Positions 19,501 through 26,597 of a DNA stretch of 32,000 nucleotides are shown here, piece by piece. Origin of the DNA: Desulfotalea psychrophila LSv54 (GTDB lineage Bacteria; Desulfobacterota; Desulfobulbia; Desulfobulbales; Desulfocapsaceae); NCBI RefSeq assembly GCF_000025945.1, contig NC_006138.1:2520001-2552000 (forward strand), given 5' to 3'. The stretch's first letter is position 1. The number at the start of each line of letters is the position of its first letter. Under the pieces are notes generated by a model. The model ran no database searches, had not been told where the DNA came from, and was given only the letters and a program-made list of their open reading frames with translations. A program made the position numbers and the translations under genes.

Positions 19501-20307
19501 GTACTGGATCCCATCGAACAGAGGTCCAAAGTACAGGTGAATTTCACCAGAAATAAGCAGGAGGCCCTGCAAAGAAATCAGAAGGGGCTGTCATACCTCT
19601 ATCAACTGCAGTTCAAAGGTCAGCTTAAACCTCTGAGAAAGTCCTGTTCAAGTGCACTCTCTGCCCCATCTTCCCTATGGCTAGTAAAAAACTATAGCGA
19701 TAGAAAAGAGGCAAGCGACCATCTACTGCAATTTATCCTTCAGGGGATCTTTGATCTCTCCGAGGCAACTCTTCCTGGCAAAGAGTCATTCGCCAAGGTA
19801 ATAGGTGAGGTTCAGAAAATGGGTCTCTTGCAAAGAGGCAACCTCATATGTCAAGATATTGCAGAGATTTTTCGCTTGAGACGAGAGACAGCTGAATTAC
19901 TGGAGAAGGTCTTTTTAACCCGGAAAAATGCCAACAAAGAGAAGGAGACATTCTCTCTCCTTATCGAAGAGATTCTGCCAAAGACGTTTTTACAAGAAAA
20001 AGAGATCGACCTGAACTCCTGCCGGAGACAGTTCAGGAGTCTTCAGGTAAGACTTGAACGTTTCAGTGCAAACCCCGTTAAAGATGGGCAGAAAAATGCC
20101 CTCCTCGCACCGCATTTAAAAAATATAGAGGTGGCGGAAAAGACACGGGAAAAACTGAGCGATGAGGCATGTCAACTTCTCGACCAATATAAAAAAATGG
20201 TTCAAGAATTTCGAATTTCTGTCTTTTCACCGGAAATAAAAACACAGATGCCTGTTTCTGACAAGAAGCTCCTTCAGCACTGGCAAAAAACCAAATCATT
20301 TATCTAA
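16570..20307 (+). CDS. hrpA: ATP-dependent RNA helicase HrpA (DEAH box)
   Basis: ORF 16534..20307, start probably the internal ATG at 16570 (MSKLLTIL); VIAGDTGSGKTTRLPQYCLE, TQPRRLAAVSVAARV, DEAHERNLNIDF, ATIDTASFAKHF, C-terminal DUF3418-like region. Confidence 0.93.
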   Translation: MSKLLTILPIDKHKDEIITAIKENQVIVIAGDTGSGKTTRLPQYCLEVAQEGKLVGCTQPRRLAAVSVAARVGEEVGRSEEVGYKIRFHDYTTAKTKIKFMTDGVLLAETKSDRDLRKYSILIVDEAHERNLNIDFLLGYLKRLLPRRPDLKLIITSATIDTASFAKHFNNAPLISIEGRTFPIDLRYAPIADEDEDYLEHCTGVVSQLFLRERPADTLIFLPTEKDIRNCCEMLAKHIPNVEILPLFGRLQGSDQRRIFQPCPQGKIAKIVVATNVAETSITVPGIRYVIDSGLARMTYYSVRSKTTSLPIQKISRASCDQRKGRCGRVSSGTCIRLFAEEDYLGRDEFTLPEIKRSNLAEVLLQMSSLKLGDPNKFPFVDPPATSTIRDGYALLQELGAIKGYELTLRGKIMADLPIDPCISRILIEASSNSCLRETMIIAAALSVQDPRIRPAEKEKEADQVHQRFAHKHSDFMALLNIWNSFHEEEEKKSWSRLKKFCKSNFLSFQRMREWLDLHEQLCRIVKRYKEFSFNENDGSYEQIHRSILAGFLRNIALKKEKKIYMGAGNRELMVFPGSHLFQSAGQWIMAAGFLDTNRLYALTVATIEVDWIEPLAKSLCRYSWANPRWEKKTGQVIADEKVTLFGLVLLASRRVNFGKRDKKNRAEARRIFIESALLSGDLWGKYPFLKNNLTLVSQWQETEERLRKRDIVYSDTALHQFYQDRLGEDVYDRTSLEKFLKQTEDKKALFMTEQDILRRTPETSEYADFPTTIQIGSLSLKLSYTFDPRGNRDGLTVHIPVDLADTISPGRFDWLVPGFLKEKITFLLKGLPKSLRKKLVPINSSVDRIMDDISTKAQSPSGNMLSCLESSILKLYRFNLQRSDWPQELPHHLTPYFVLEADSGKEVCSGNNLKQMLTGTPNKGAISQEQFSLKKDAQIIVDKWKGWEGDSWAFDQLPASIPLYNKQGSISGFLFTVLDPIEQRSKVQVNFTRNKQEALQRNQKGLSYLYQLQFKGQLKPLRKSCSSALSAPSSLWLVKNYSDRKEASDHLLQFILQGIFDLSEATLPGKESFAKVIGEVQKMGLLQRGNLICQDIAEIFRLRRETAELLEKVFLTRKNANKEKETFSLLIEEILPKTFLQEKEIDLNSCRRQFRSLQVRLERFSANPVKDGQKNALLAPHLKNIEVAEKTREKLSDEACQLLDQYKKMVQEFRISVFSPEIKTQMPVSDKKLLQHWQKTKSFI

Positions 20308-20311
20308 GGCT

Positions 20312-20434
20312 ATGAATAAAGTCACCATTGGCGTTCTTTTCTGTCTGGTCAGCCTGATCCTTATGCATAATGGGCGAGCAGGCATTGGCATTCTCATCTT
20401 TTCAGCAGGGATTATCCTGATGAACAAAAAATAG
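20312..20434 (+). CDS. Possible 40-aa small hydrophobic/membrane protein
   Basis: ATG at 20312 reads MNKVTIGVLFCLVSLILMHNGRAGIGILIFSAGIILMNKK*; two hydrophobic stretches with a GR turn, begins 5 bp after the hrpA stop. Confidence 0.4.
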   Translation: MNKVTIGVLFCLVSLILMHNGRAGIGILIFSAGIILMNKK

Positions 20435-20502
20435 CACTATTAAATGGTGCTATAACCGTTTAGGGAGAGCAGCATACTGATAATAGTGTATTATCGCCTG
20501 AT

Positions 20503-20694
20503 TTGCGGGATATAGACGCGAGCGCCCTCTCTACGACAGAGGAAAAGTGCAGAGATAGGCACTATCTAGTTACTAATAGTGAGCTCTTTACCTGTCTAGT
20601 AAATGATCTTTTTGAATCCGGTATTCATACTCCATCATCGTACAGCCATTGCCGCCACTGCTCCACCAAAACGACCTGCCTACAGTATTCATAA
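20503..20694 (+). CDS. Possible small Cys-containing protein or remnant of one
   Basis: Open frame (open back to 20464; TTG at 20503) ending SSYSHCRHCSTKTTCLQYS, i.e. CxxC...C near the C-terminus; start codon unclear. Confidence 0.3.
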   Translation: MRDIDASALSTTEEKCRDRHYLVTNSELFTCLVNDLFESGIHTPSSYSHCRHCSTKTTCLQYS

Positions 20695-21208
20695 TTTCAA
20701 CTTTCTCATATTTCTGTGGGAGAGTAATATAGAACTACATACTCTTTGAGAGAAGTTAATGGTTGGTTCCACCACTGATCAGGTTATCTGCAAAGCACCC
20801 TGTCCTGTCTTGGCGCTTCGACCAATGGAAAAACTAAATAAGTTATGGTCCTCAACAATAAAAACTTATCGCTGCCAATGTAAAACAAGCTCAAGAGAGA
20901 CGCATTTGATCTTATTCCTGTATCTATGAATCAGGGAAGAACTTTGGCTTCGGGTCGTCTGTTCTTGTGATAGCCCAATTGAGATTATTTACCCTCTTAC
21001 TTAAATCTGTATTTACGCTTTTATGCAAATACGTAAAACAATAGATTAACGGAAGGGGTTAAAACATTCAGACAAGACCATCCCTACCCACAAAAGTAGG
21101 TGGTTTTACCCCGCAGGTTTTCAGGGTGGCCGAATCAAATTTACGATAGAACCATGTGATGCCCGAGTATCTGTAGTGCAAAAAATAATCATAATATGAT
21201 TGATTGTA

Positions 21209-21237
21209 TTGGTATCATCGGCGGATAGAGCTATAAT
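21209..21237 (+). promoter_or_regulatory. Candidate sigma70-type promoter for the hox operon
   Basis: TTGGTA (21209-21214), 17-nt spacer, perfect TATAAT (21232-21237), about 88 bp upstream of the likely hoxE start. Confidence 0.5.
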
Positions 21238-21324
21238 GAACCCGTAGCCATGCAGTGATACGATTCTTCTTTAAATTTGTTCGTTCATGCAAAGGCAAGT
21301 GATCAGCTTGCTAAGGAGGGGATT

Positions 21325-21861
21325 ATGGTGCACAAAACTGATAAAATCTCACCGACCCAAGAAAACAGTGCCGCAGCAGCAGACCAAAATCACCAATGGC
21401 GAATGGTCGATCGAGCTATGCGCTCCAACGGTAATCGCCCCGAAGCTCTCATCGAAACCCTCCATACCGTCCAAAATACCTTTGGCTTCATAGATCGCGA
21501 TGCCATGGAGTATGTGGCTAGTGGGTTGCATGTTCCCTTGAGCCAGGTGTATTCCGTAGCAACCTTTTATCATTATTTCACTTTGAAACCTCCGGGTGAG
21601 CACACTTGCGTCGTATGTACGGGAACTGCCTGCTATGTCAGCGGGTCATCTGCCCTGCTTGAGACTATTCATAACACTGTCGGTATTGATCCCGGTGAGA
21701 CAAGCCAAGACGGCAAGGTCTCATTATTGACTACCCGCTGCCTTGGCTCGTGCGGTTTGGCTCCGGCTGCAGTATTTGACGGGCAGGTAGCTGGCAAGCT
21801 GCAATCGGCAACTATTGAAGAAAAAATGAGAGGATGGATGCGCCATGACCCTGACGCTTGA
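21325..21861 (+). CDS. hoxE: NAD-reducing hydrogenase subunit HoxE (NuoE-like 2Fe-2S protein)
   Basis: Likely start ATG at 21325 behind AAGGAGGG; thioredoxin-like ferredoxin Cys motif ([14 protein letters not shown] ... [13 protein letters not shown]). Confidence 0.88.
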   Translation: MVHKTDKISPTQENSAAAADQNHQWRMVDRAMRSNGNRPEALIETLHTVQNTFGFIDRDAMEYVASGLHVPLSQVYSVATFYHYFTLKPPGEHTCVVCTGTACYVSGSSALLETIHNTVGIDPGETSQDGKVSLLTTRCLGSCGLAPAAVFDGQVAGKLQSATIEEKMRGWMRHDPDA

Positions 21862-23497
21862 AGATCTTAACCATATCGCGGCCATAGAAAAAGAACACCA
21901 GCACAGTTTTCAACATCAGCTGAATATTTGTGTTGCTGCAGGTTGTCTCTCCTGCGGAAGCGGGGAGCTTAAAACAGCACTGCAAGAAGAGGTGGCTCGA
22001 CGCGGGCTGGATAAACAGGTCTGCGTCAAAGGGGTTGGATGCCTTGGACTGTGTTCAGCTGGACCGCTTGTTGCCCTTGCCTCGAAGAATGTACTTTATC
22101 AGGGATGCGGCCCTGCTGATGTGGAGACAATCCTCGATGCTTTGGGGGGGGCACCTGCGAAGCATTTACTCTGTTCCAGTGATATTCCCTTTTTCAACAA
22201 GCAGCGCAAGGTTGTACTTGAGTACTGTGGTAAAATAGACCCTGAACGTATTGAGGAATATATCGCGGTAGGGGGGTACCAGTCCCTATATACTGCGTTG
22301 CGTCAAATGACGCCCAAGGAAGTTATCGATGAGGTCACCGCATCTGGCTTACGTGGTCGCGGTGGCGCTGGATATCCCACAGGCCTCAAATGGTCTACGG
22401 TGTCCAAAGCAATCAATGCCGTGAAGTATGTTGTTTGTAACGCAGATGAAGGCGACCCTGGTGCATTCATGGATCGAAGTGTCTTGGAAAGTGACCCCCA
22501 CCGAGTGATCGAGGGCATGGCTATTGGTGCTTACGCTGTTGGTGCCAGGCAGGGAATTATTTATGTTCGAGCCGAGTATCCGCTGGCGGTAAAACGGCTA
22601 CAAAAGGCCATTACCCAGGCTAAGCGCATAGGCATTTTGGGGAATGGTATTTTTAACAGCGACTTTCAATTTGATATTCAAATCAGGTTGGGGGCAGGCG
22701 CTTTTGTCTGCGGAGAAGAAACAGCGCTGATTGCCTCTATTGAAGGCCGAGTAGGAAAACCGTGTCCGCGCCCTCCTTATCCTGCCGAATCAGGGTTAAA
22801 ACAATGTCCCACCTTAATCAATAATGTGGAAACCTTTGCCAATATTGCACCTATTATCCGCAATGGCGGTCAGTGGCTGGCCAGTATCGGCACCAGCAAG
22901 AGCAAAGGAACCAAGGTTTTTGCTCTTGCCGGTAAGGTGCAACAGAAGGGATTGATTGAAGTGGCCATGGGCACAACCCTGGGGGAGATTGTTTTTGATA
23001 TCGGCGGTGGTATCGCTGATGGCGGTACATTCAAAGCCGTACAGACAGGCGGCCCCTCGGGTGGTTGTATTCCAAAGCAGTTTCTTGATATGGGGGTGGA
23101 TTATGAGTCTCTTGCCAAGGTTGGCTCGATTATGGGGTCAGGAGGCATGATTGTTATGGATCAAGGCTCATGTATGGTGGATGTTGCCAGGTTTTTTGTT
23201 GAATTTTGTATGAGTGAATCGTGTGGGAAGTGTGTCCCCTGTCGGGTGGGGACCAGGCAGATGCATGATGTGCTGGGCAAGATCGCAAGCGGCCGGGGGG
23301 AGGCGTCTGATCTCACCTTGCTTGAAGAGTTGTGTGATTTGGTGAAAAATACCGCTCTGTGCGGTCTTGGCCAGGCATCGGTTAACCCGATATTGAGCAC
23401 CCTATGCTACTTTAAAGATGAGTACCTGGCTCATATTGAGGAGAAGCGGTGTATTGCTCATTCCTGCACACTACCAGTAAACAAGGAGGGCAAATGA
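21845..23497 (+). CDS. hoxF: NAD-reducing hydrogenase diaphorase subunit HoxF (NuoF-like, FMN/NAD and 4Fe-4S)
   Basis: 550 aa; [63 protein letters not shown]; overlaps hoxE by 17 bp. Confidence 0.93.
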   Translation: MTLTLEDLNHIAAIEKEHQHSFQHQLNICVAAGCLSCGSGELKTALQEEVARRGLDKQVCVKGVGCLGLCSAGPLVALASKNVLYQGCGPADVETILDALGGAPAKHLLCSSDIPFFNKQRKVVLEYCGKIDPERIEEYIAVGGYQSLYTALRQMTPKEVIDEVTASGLRGRGGAGYPTGLKWSTVSKAINAVKYVVCNADEGDPGAFMDRSVLESDPHRVIEGMAIGAYAVGARQGIIYVRAEYPLAVKRLQKAITQAKRIGILGNGIFNSDFQFDIQIRLGAGAFVCGEETALIASIEGRVGKPCPRPPYPAESGLKQCPTLINNVETFANIAPIIRNGGQWLASIGTSKSKGTKVFALAGKVQQKGLIEVAMGTTLGEIVFDIGGGIADGGTFKAVQTGGPSGGCIPKQFLDMGVDYESLAKVGSIMGSGGMIVMDQGSCMVDVARFFVEFCMSESCGKCVPCRVGTRQMHDVLGKIASGRGEASDLTLLEELCDLVKNTALCGLGQASVNPILSTLCYFKDEYLAHIEEKRCIAHSCTLPVNKEGK

Positions 23498-24258
23498 ATC
23501 ATCCTGCAGCCTCTTCAAATAGTGAAAAAAGTTCAGGCACTAGCCCGATTCATATCCTGACCTTTAAAATTAATGACAGGAATGTCAGCTCGCGTGAGGA
23601 TGAGACTATCCTCTCGGTAGCTCGACAAAATGATATTGCAATACCAACGCTTTGCCATTTAGACGGCTTGTCTGAGTACGGTGGCTGCCGTTTATGCATC
23701 GTTGAAATCAAAGGCTGGGCAAAACTTGTCCCTTCCTGTATCACCTTTCCCCAGGAGGGGATGGAGATTATAACTCACTCCAAACGGGTGACAGAGTACA
23801 GAAAAAAGATAGTGGAACTTCTCTTTTCTGAACGTAATCATGTATGCGCGGTCTGTGTCTCTAATGGGAACTGCGAATTACAGGACCTTGCGGAGGAGCT
23901 TGGTCTAAGCCATATTCATTATGACTATCTCTATCCGCGTCTCGCGGTTGACGCCTCCCACGATCGTTTTATTATGGATCCAAACCGATGTGTACTGTGT
24001 CTGAGGTGCGTCAGAGTCTGTGATGAAGTCGAAGGTGCACATACCTGGGATGTAATGCATCGCGGTATCTTCTCTCAGGTGGTCGCCGACCTCAATCAAC
24101 CCTGGGGCTCTTCCCAGACATGTACCAGCTGTGGAAAATGTGTGCAGGTCTGCCCCACCGGAGCACTATCGGAGAAGGGTAGATCCGTTGGCGAGATGGT
24201 TAAACGTCGAGATTTTTTGCCCCACCTCCAGACAATGCGAGGCAGAAACAAAGAATAA
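23494..24258 (+). CDS. hoxU: NAD-reducing hydrogenase diaphorase subunit HoxU (NuoG N-terminal-like, 2Fe-2S/4Fe-4S)
   Basis: Start ATG at 23494 overlapping the hoxF stop, RBS AAGGAGGG; 2Fe-2S motif ([15 protein letters not shown]), His-containing Cys motif ([15 protein letters not shown]), 4Fe-4S ([27 protein letters not shown]). Confidence 0.92.
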   Translation: MNHPAASSNSEKSSGTSPIHILTFKINDRNVSSREDETILSVARQNDIAIPTLCHLDGLSEYGGCRLCIVEIKGWAKLVPSCITFPQEGMEIITHSKRVTEYRKKIVELLFSERNHVCAVCVSNGNCELQDLAEELGLSHIHYDYLYPRLAVDASHDRFIMDPNRCVLCLRCVRVCDEVEGAHTWDVMHRGIFSQVVADLNQPWGSSQTCTSCGKCVQVCPTGALSEKGRSVGEMVKRRDFLPHLQTMRGRNKE

Positions 24259-24277
24259 GGGACAGGGAGAAAGCATA

Positions 24278-24811
24278 ATGAGCAAGATACGTATCGCAAC
24301 AACTTGGCTTGATGGTTGCTCAGGCTGTCATATGTCTCTGTTGGATATTGATGAGCAGTTGGTGGACATAGCTGACCAGATAGAGCTTGTATACAGCCCC
24401 CTGGTGGATGCTCTTGAATTTCCCGAAGGTGTGGATGTTACCTTTGTAGAGGGAGCGGTGAGCAGTGTTGATGATGTTGCCAAGATACAGCTCATCCGCA
24501 GGCGTAGCAAGGTGCTGGTTGCCTTGGGCGACTGTGCCGTGACAGGCAATGTGCCTGCTATGAGAAATGAGTTCCAGGTGGAGGATATCCTGAATCGCGC
24601 GTTTATCGAAACAGCGGCATGTCAGGCTCAAATTCCAATGGACGGCGTTCCGCAACTCAATGCGCGTGTGGTGCCTATCCACGCCCATGTTGCAGTAGAT
24701 CTTTTTCTCCCGGGCTGCCCACCGTCAAGTGATGCTATTTTTTTTCTGATTTCTGAGCTGTTACAGGGTCGGATTCCAGACCTTAAGGGTAGGAGTCGGT
24801 TCGGGGCTTAA
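24278..24811 (+). CDS. hoxY: NAD-reducing [NiFe]-hydrogenase small subunit HoxY
   Basis: ATG at 24278 inside the longer ORF 24131..24811; RIATTWLDGCSGCHMSLLDID, ALGDCAVTGNVPAMRN, LFLPGCPPSSDAIFFLI. Confidence 0.93.
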   Translation: MSKIRIATTWLDGCSGCHMSLLDIDEQLVDIADQIELVYSPLVDALEFPEGVDVTFVEGAVSSVDDVAKIQLIRRRSKVLVALGDCAVTGNVPAMRNEFQVEDILNRAFIETAACQAQIPMDGVPQLNARVVPIHAHVAVDLFLPGCPPSSDAIFFLISELLQGRIPDLKGRSRFGA

Positions 24812-24836
24812 GCAGAGGTAAAAAAGGGGAGAGGGG

Positions 24837-26252
24837 ATGGGGAAGCAGATTGTTATTGAACCGGTGAGTCGCATTGAAGGCCATGGAAAAATCACTATTA
24901 ACCTTGATGAGGAAGGCAAGGTTGCAGACGCCAGACTACACGTAACTCAGCTCCGAGGGTTTGAAAAGTTCTGCGAGGGAAGGCCCTATACCGAAATGGT
25001 ATCTCTGACGGAGCGAATTTGCGGTATTTGCCCCATCAGTCATTCTCTTGCCTCATCCAAGACCTGCGACCAGATCATGGGGGTACGGGTTCCGGAAACC
25101 GCCACTAAATTGCGGCGATTACTTAATTGCGGAGAATTCATTCAGTCCCACAGTTTGAGCTTTTTTTATCTTTCGTCACCTGATCTGCTGCTGGGTATGG
25201 GATCAGATCCGGCTCAGCGCAATATATTCGGGGTGTTGAAGGCCAACCCTGCTTTTGCCATGGATGGTATTCGCTTACGAAAAATTGGCCAACAGATTAT
25301 TCAATGGTTTGCCGGCAAGCGCATTCATCCATCCTGGGTGGTGCCGGGTGGCGTCAATGCCCCGCTGAGTGCAGAACATCGTGACAATATGCTCTCTGTG
25401 CTGCCCGAGGCCTTGGATATCATTGAACGAACGCTTACGTACTTCAGGCAATCCTTGCATAAGCACTATAAAGAGATAGAGACCTTTGCCAATTTCCCTA
25501 CCTATTTTCTCGGGCTCGTCGACAGAGAGGGCAGGATGGAGCATGTTGAAGGCAAACTTCGCTTCATAGATGCGCAGGGGAATCTGGTTGCAGACCAGAT
25601 TGATCCTGCCTGCTATCAGGATTATATTGCCGAGGCGGTTGAATCGTATTCCTACCTCAAATCACCCTACTATAAACCCCTGGGCTACCCTCAGGGTATA
25701 TACCGGGTCGGGCCTGCGGCCAGGCTGAATGTCTGTGACGGTTGCGGTACGCCTCTGGCTGACCGAGAATGGGCAACATTCCGTAATTTGGGTAAGGGCC
25801 CGTTATTGAGCTCATTTTACAACCATTACGCCCGGCTTATTGAAATTCTCTACTGTATCGAGACATTGGATCAGTTGCTACGAGATCCTGATATCCTCAG
25901 CACGCACATACGTGCATATGCACAGCCAAACTTCAGTGAAGGGATAGGCGTTGTTGAAGCGCCTCGGGGGACCCTGTTTCACCATTATAATGTAGATGAA
26001 GATGGGCTGATGACAAAGGCCAATATGATTGTTGCCACCGGTAATAATAACCTGGCCATGAATAAGGGGGTGCTCCAGGTGGCAAAGCACTTCATCACAG
26101 GAGGAAAAATAACAGATTCGGCAATAAACCGAATACAGGCTGTGATCAGGGCTTTTGACCCCTGTTTGAGTTGCTCAACTCATGTTCTGGGACAAGAGGT
26201 ACCTTTAATCCAACTCCTGGACGCAGACGGGCATGTGGTGGACGAGGTGTAA
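24837..26252 (+). CDS. hoxH: NAD-reducing [NiFe]-hydrogenase large subunit HoxH
   Basis: 471 aa; EPVSRIEGHGKITINL, RICGICPISHSLASSKTCD (L1/L2 CxxC), C-terminal DPCLSCSTH followed by a cleavable extension VLGQEVPLIQLLDADGHVVDEV. Confidence 0.95.
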   Translation: MGKQIVIEPVSRIEGHGKITINLDEEGKVADARLHVTQLRGFEKFCEGRPYTEMVSLTERICGICPISHSLASSKTCDQIMGVRVPETATKLRRLLNCGEFIQSHSLSFFYLSSPDLLLGMGSDPAQRNIFGVLKANPAFAMDGIRLRKIGQQIIQWFAGKRIHPSWVVPGGVNAPLSAEHRDNMLSVLPEALDIIERTLTYFRQSLHKHYKEIETFANFPTYFLGLVDREGRMEHVEGKLRFIDAQGNLVADQIDPACYQDYIAEAVESYSYLKSPYYKPLGYPQGIYRVGPAARLNVCDGCGTPLADREWATFRNLGKGPLLSSFYNHYARLIEILYCIETLDQLLRDPDILSTHIRAYAQPNFSEGIGVVEAPRGTLFHHYNVDEDGLMTKANMIVATGNNNLAMNKGVLQVAKHFITGGKITDSAINRIQAVIRAFDPCLSCSTHVLGQEVPLIQLLDADGHVVDEV

Positions 26253-26557
26253 GAAAATAGATTCCATCTTCAATTCATATGGGAGGCATCACTTTGATAA
26301 TAGAAAATAAAGTGCTCGCACCCGATTCCAGGGAATCATTAGACCCCCACACTTAAGTGAGTCAAAAGACCATTAAGAGAATAGGGCCTTTTGCACAAAA
26401 AAAACGGTCAGGTTTGAATTGCGGATCATAAAAAATAACAATTTATGAAGGCATCTATAATCATTAGAGTGGCCTAAGCTGTTACTCGTATATGCCACAG
26501 CACTAATTGCTTGAAATTGAACATATATTAAAACCTTGCTTACCCTTCATTCTCTTG

Positions 26558-26597
26558 AAAACGAAATGACGATTTAATCATCGTCATTTCGTTTTTT
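26558..26597. terminator. Terminator between convergent hoxH and the yvcK-like gene, likely acting in both directions
   Basis: Perfect 16-bp stem AAAACGAAATGACGAT / ATCGTCATTTCGTTTT with 6-nt loop and T6 on the plus strand; the stem contains the last codons of the minus-strand gene. Confidence 0.8.

Noticed and set aside
21277-21324. TTG start extension of HoxE (MFVHAKASDQLAKEGI)
   Set aside because: A strong RBS (AAGGAGGG) sits 5-6 bp before the ATG at 21325, which makes the downstream start more plausible.
24131-24277. Upstream extension of the HoxY ORF ([16 protein letters not shown]...)
   Set aside because: It overlaps the 3' end of hoxU in another frame. The conserved HoxY start is the ATG at 24278 behind a GGGAGAAAG-type RBS.
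24320-24688. 122-aa minus-strand ORF within hoxY
   Set aside because: Antisense shadow ORF inside a well-supported CDS, with no recognisable domain.
26279-26356. Short ORF after hoxH (MGGITLIIENKVLAPDSRESLDPHT) considered as a remnant of a hydrogenase maturation protease
   Set aside because: Only about 25 codons, with no glycine/aspartate motifs of HoxW/HyaD-type endopeptidases.
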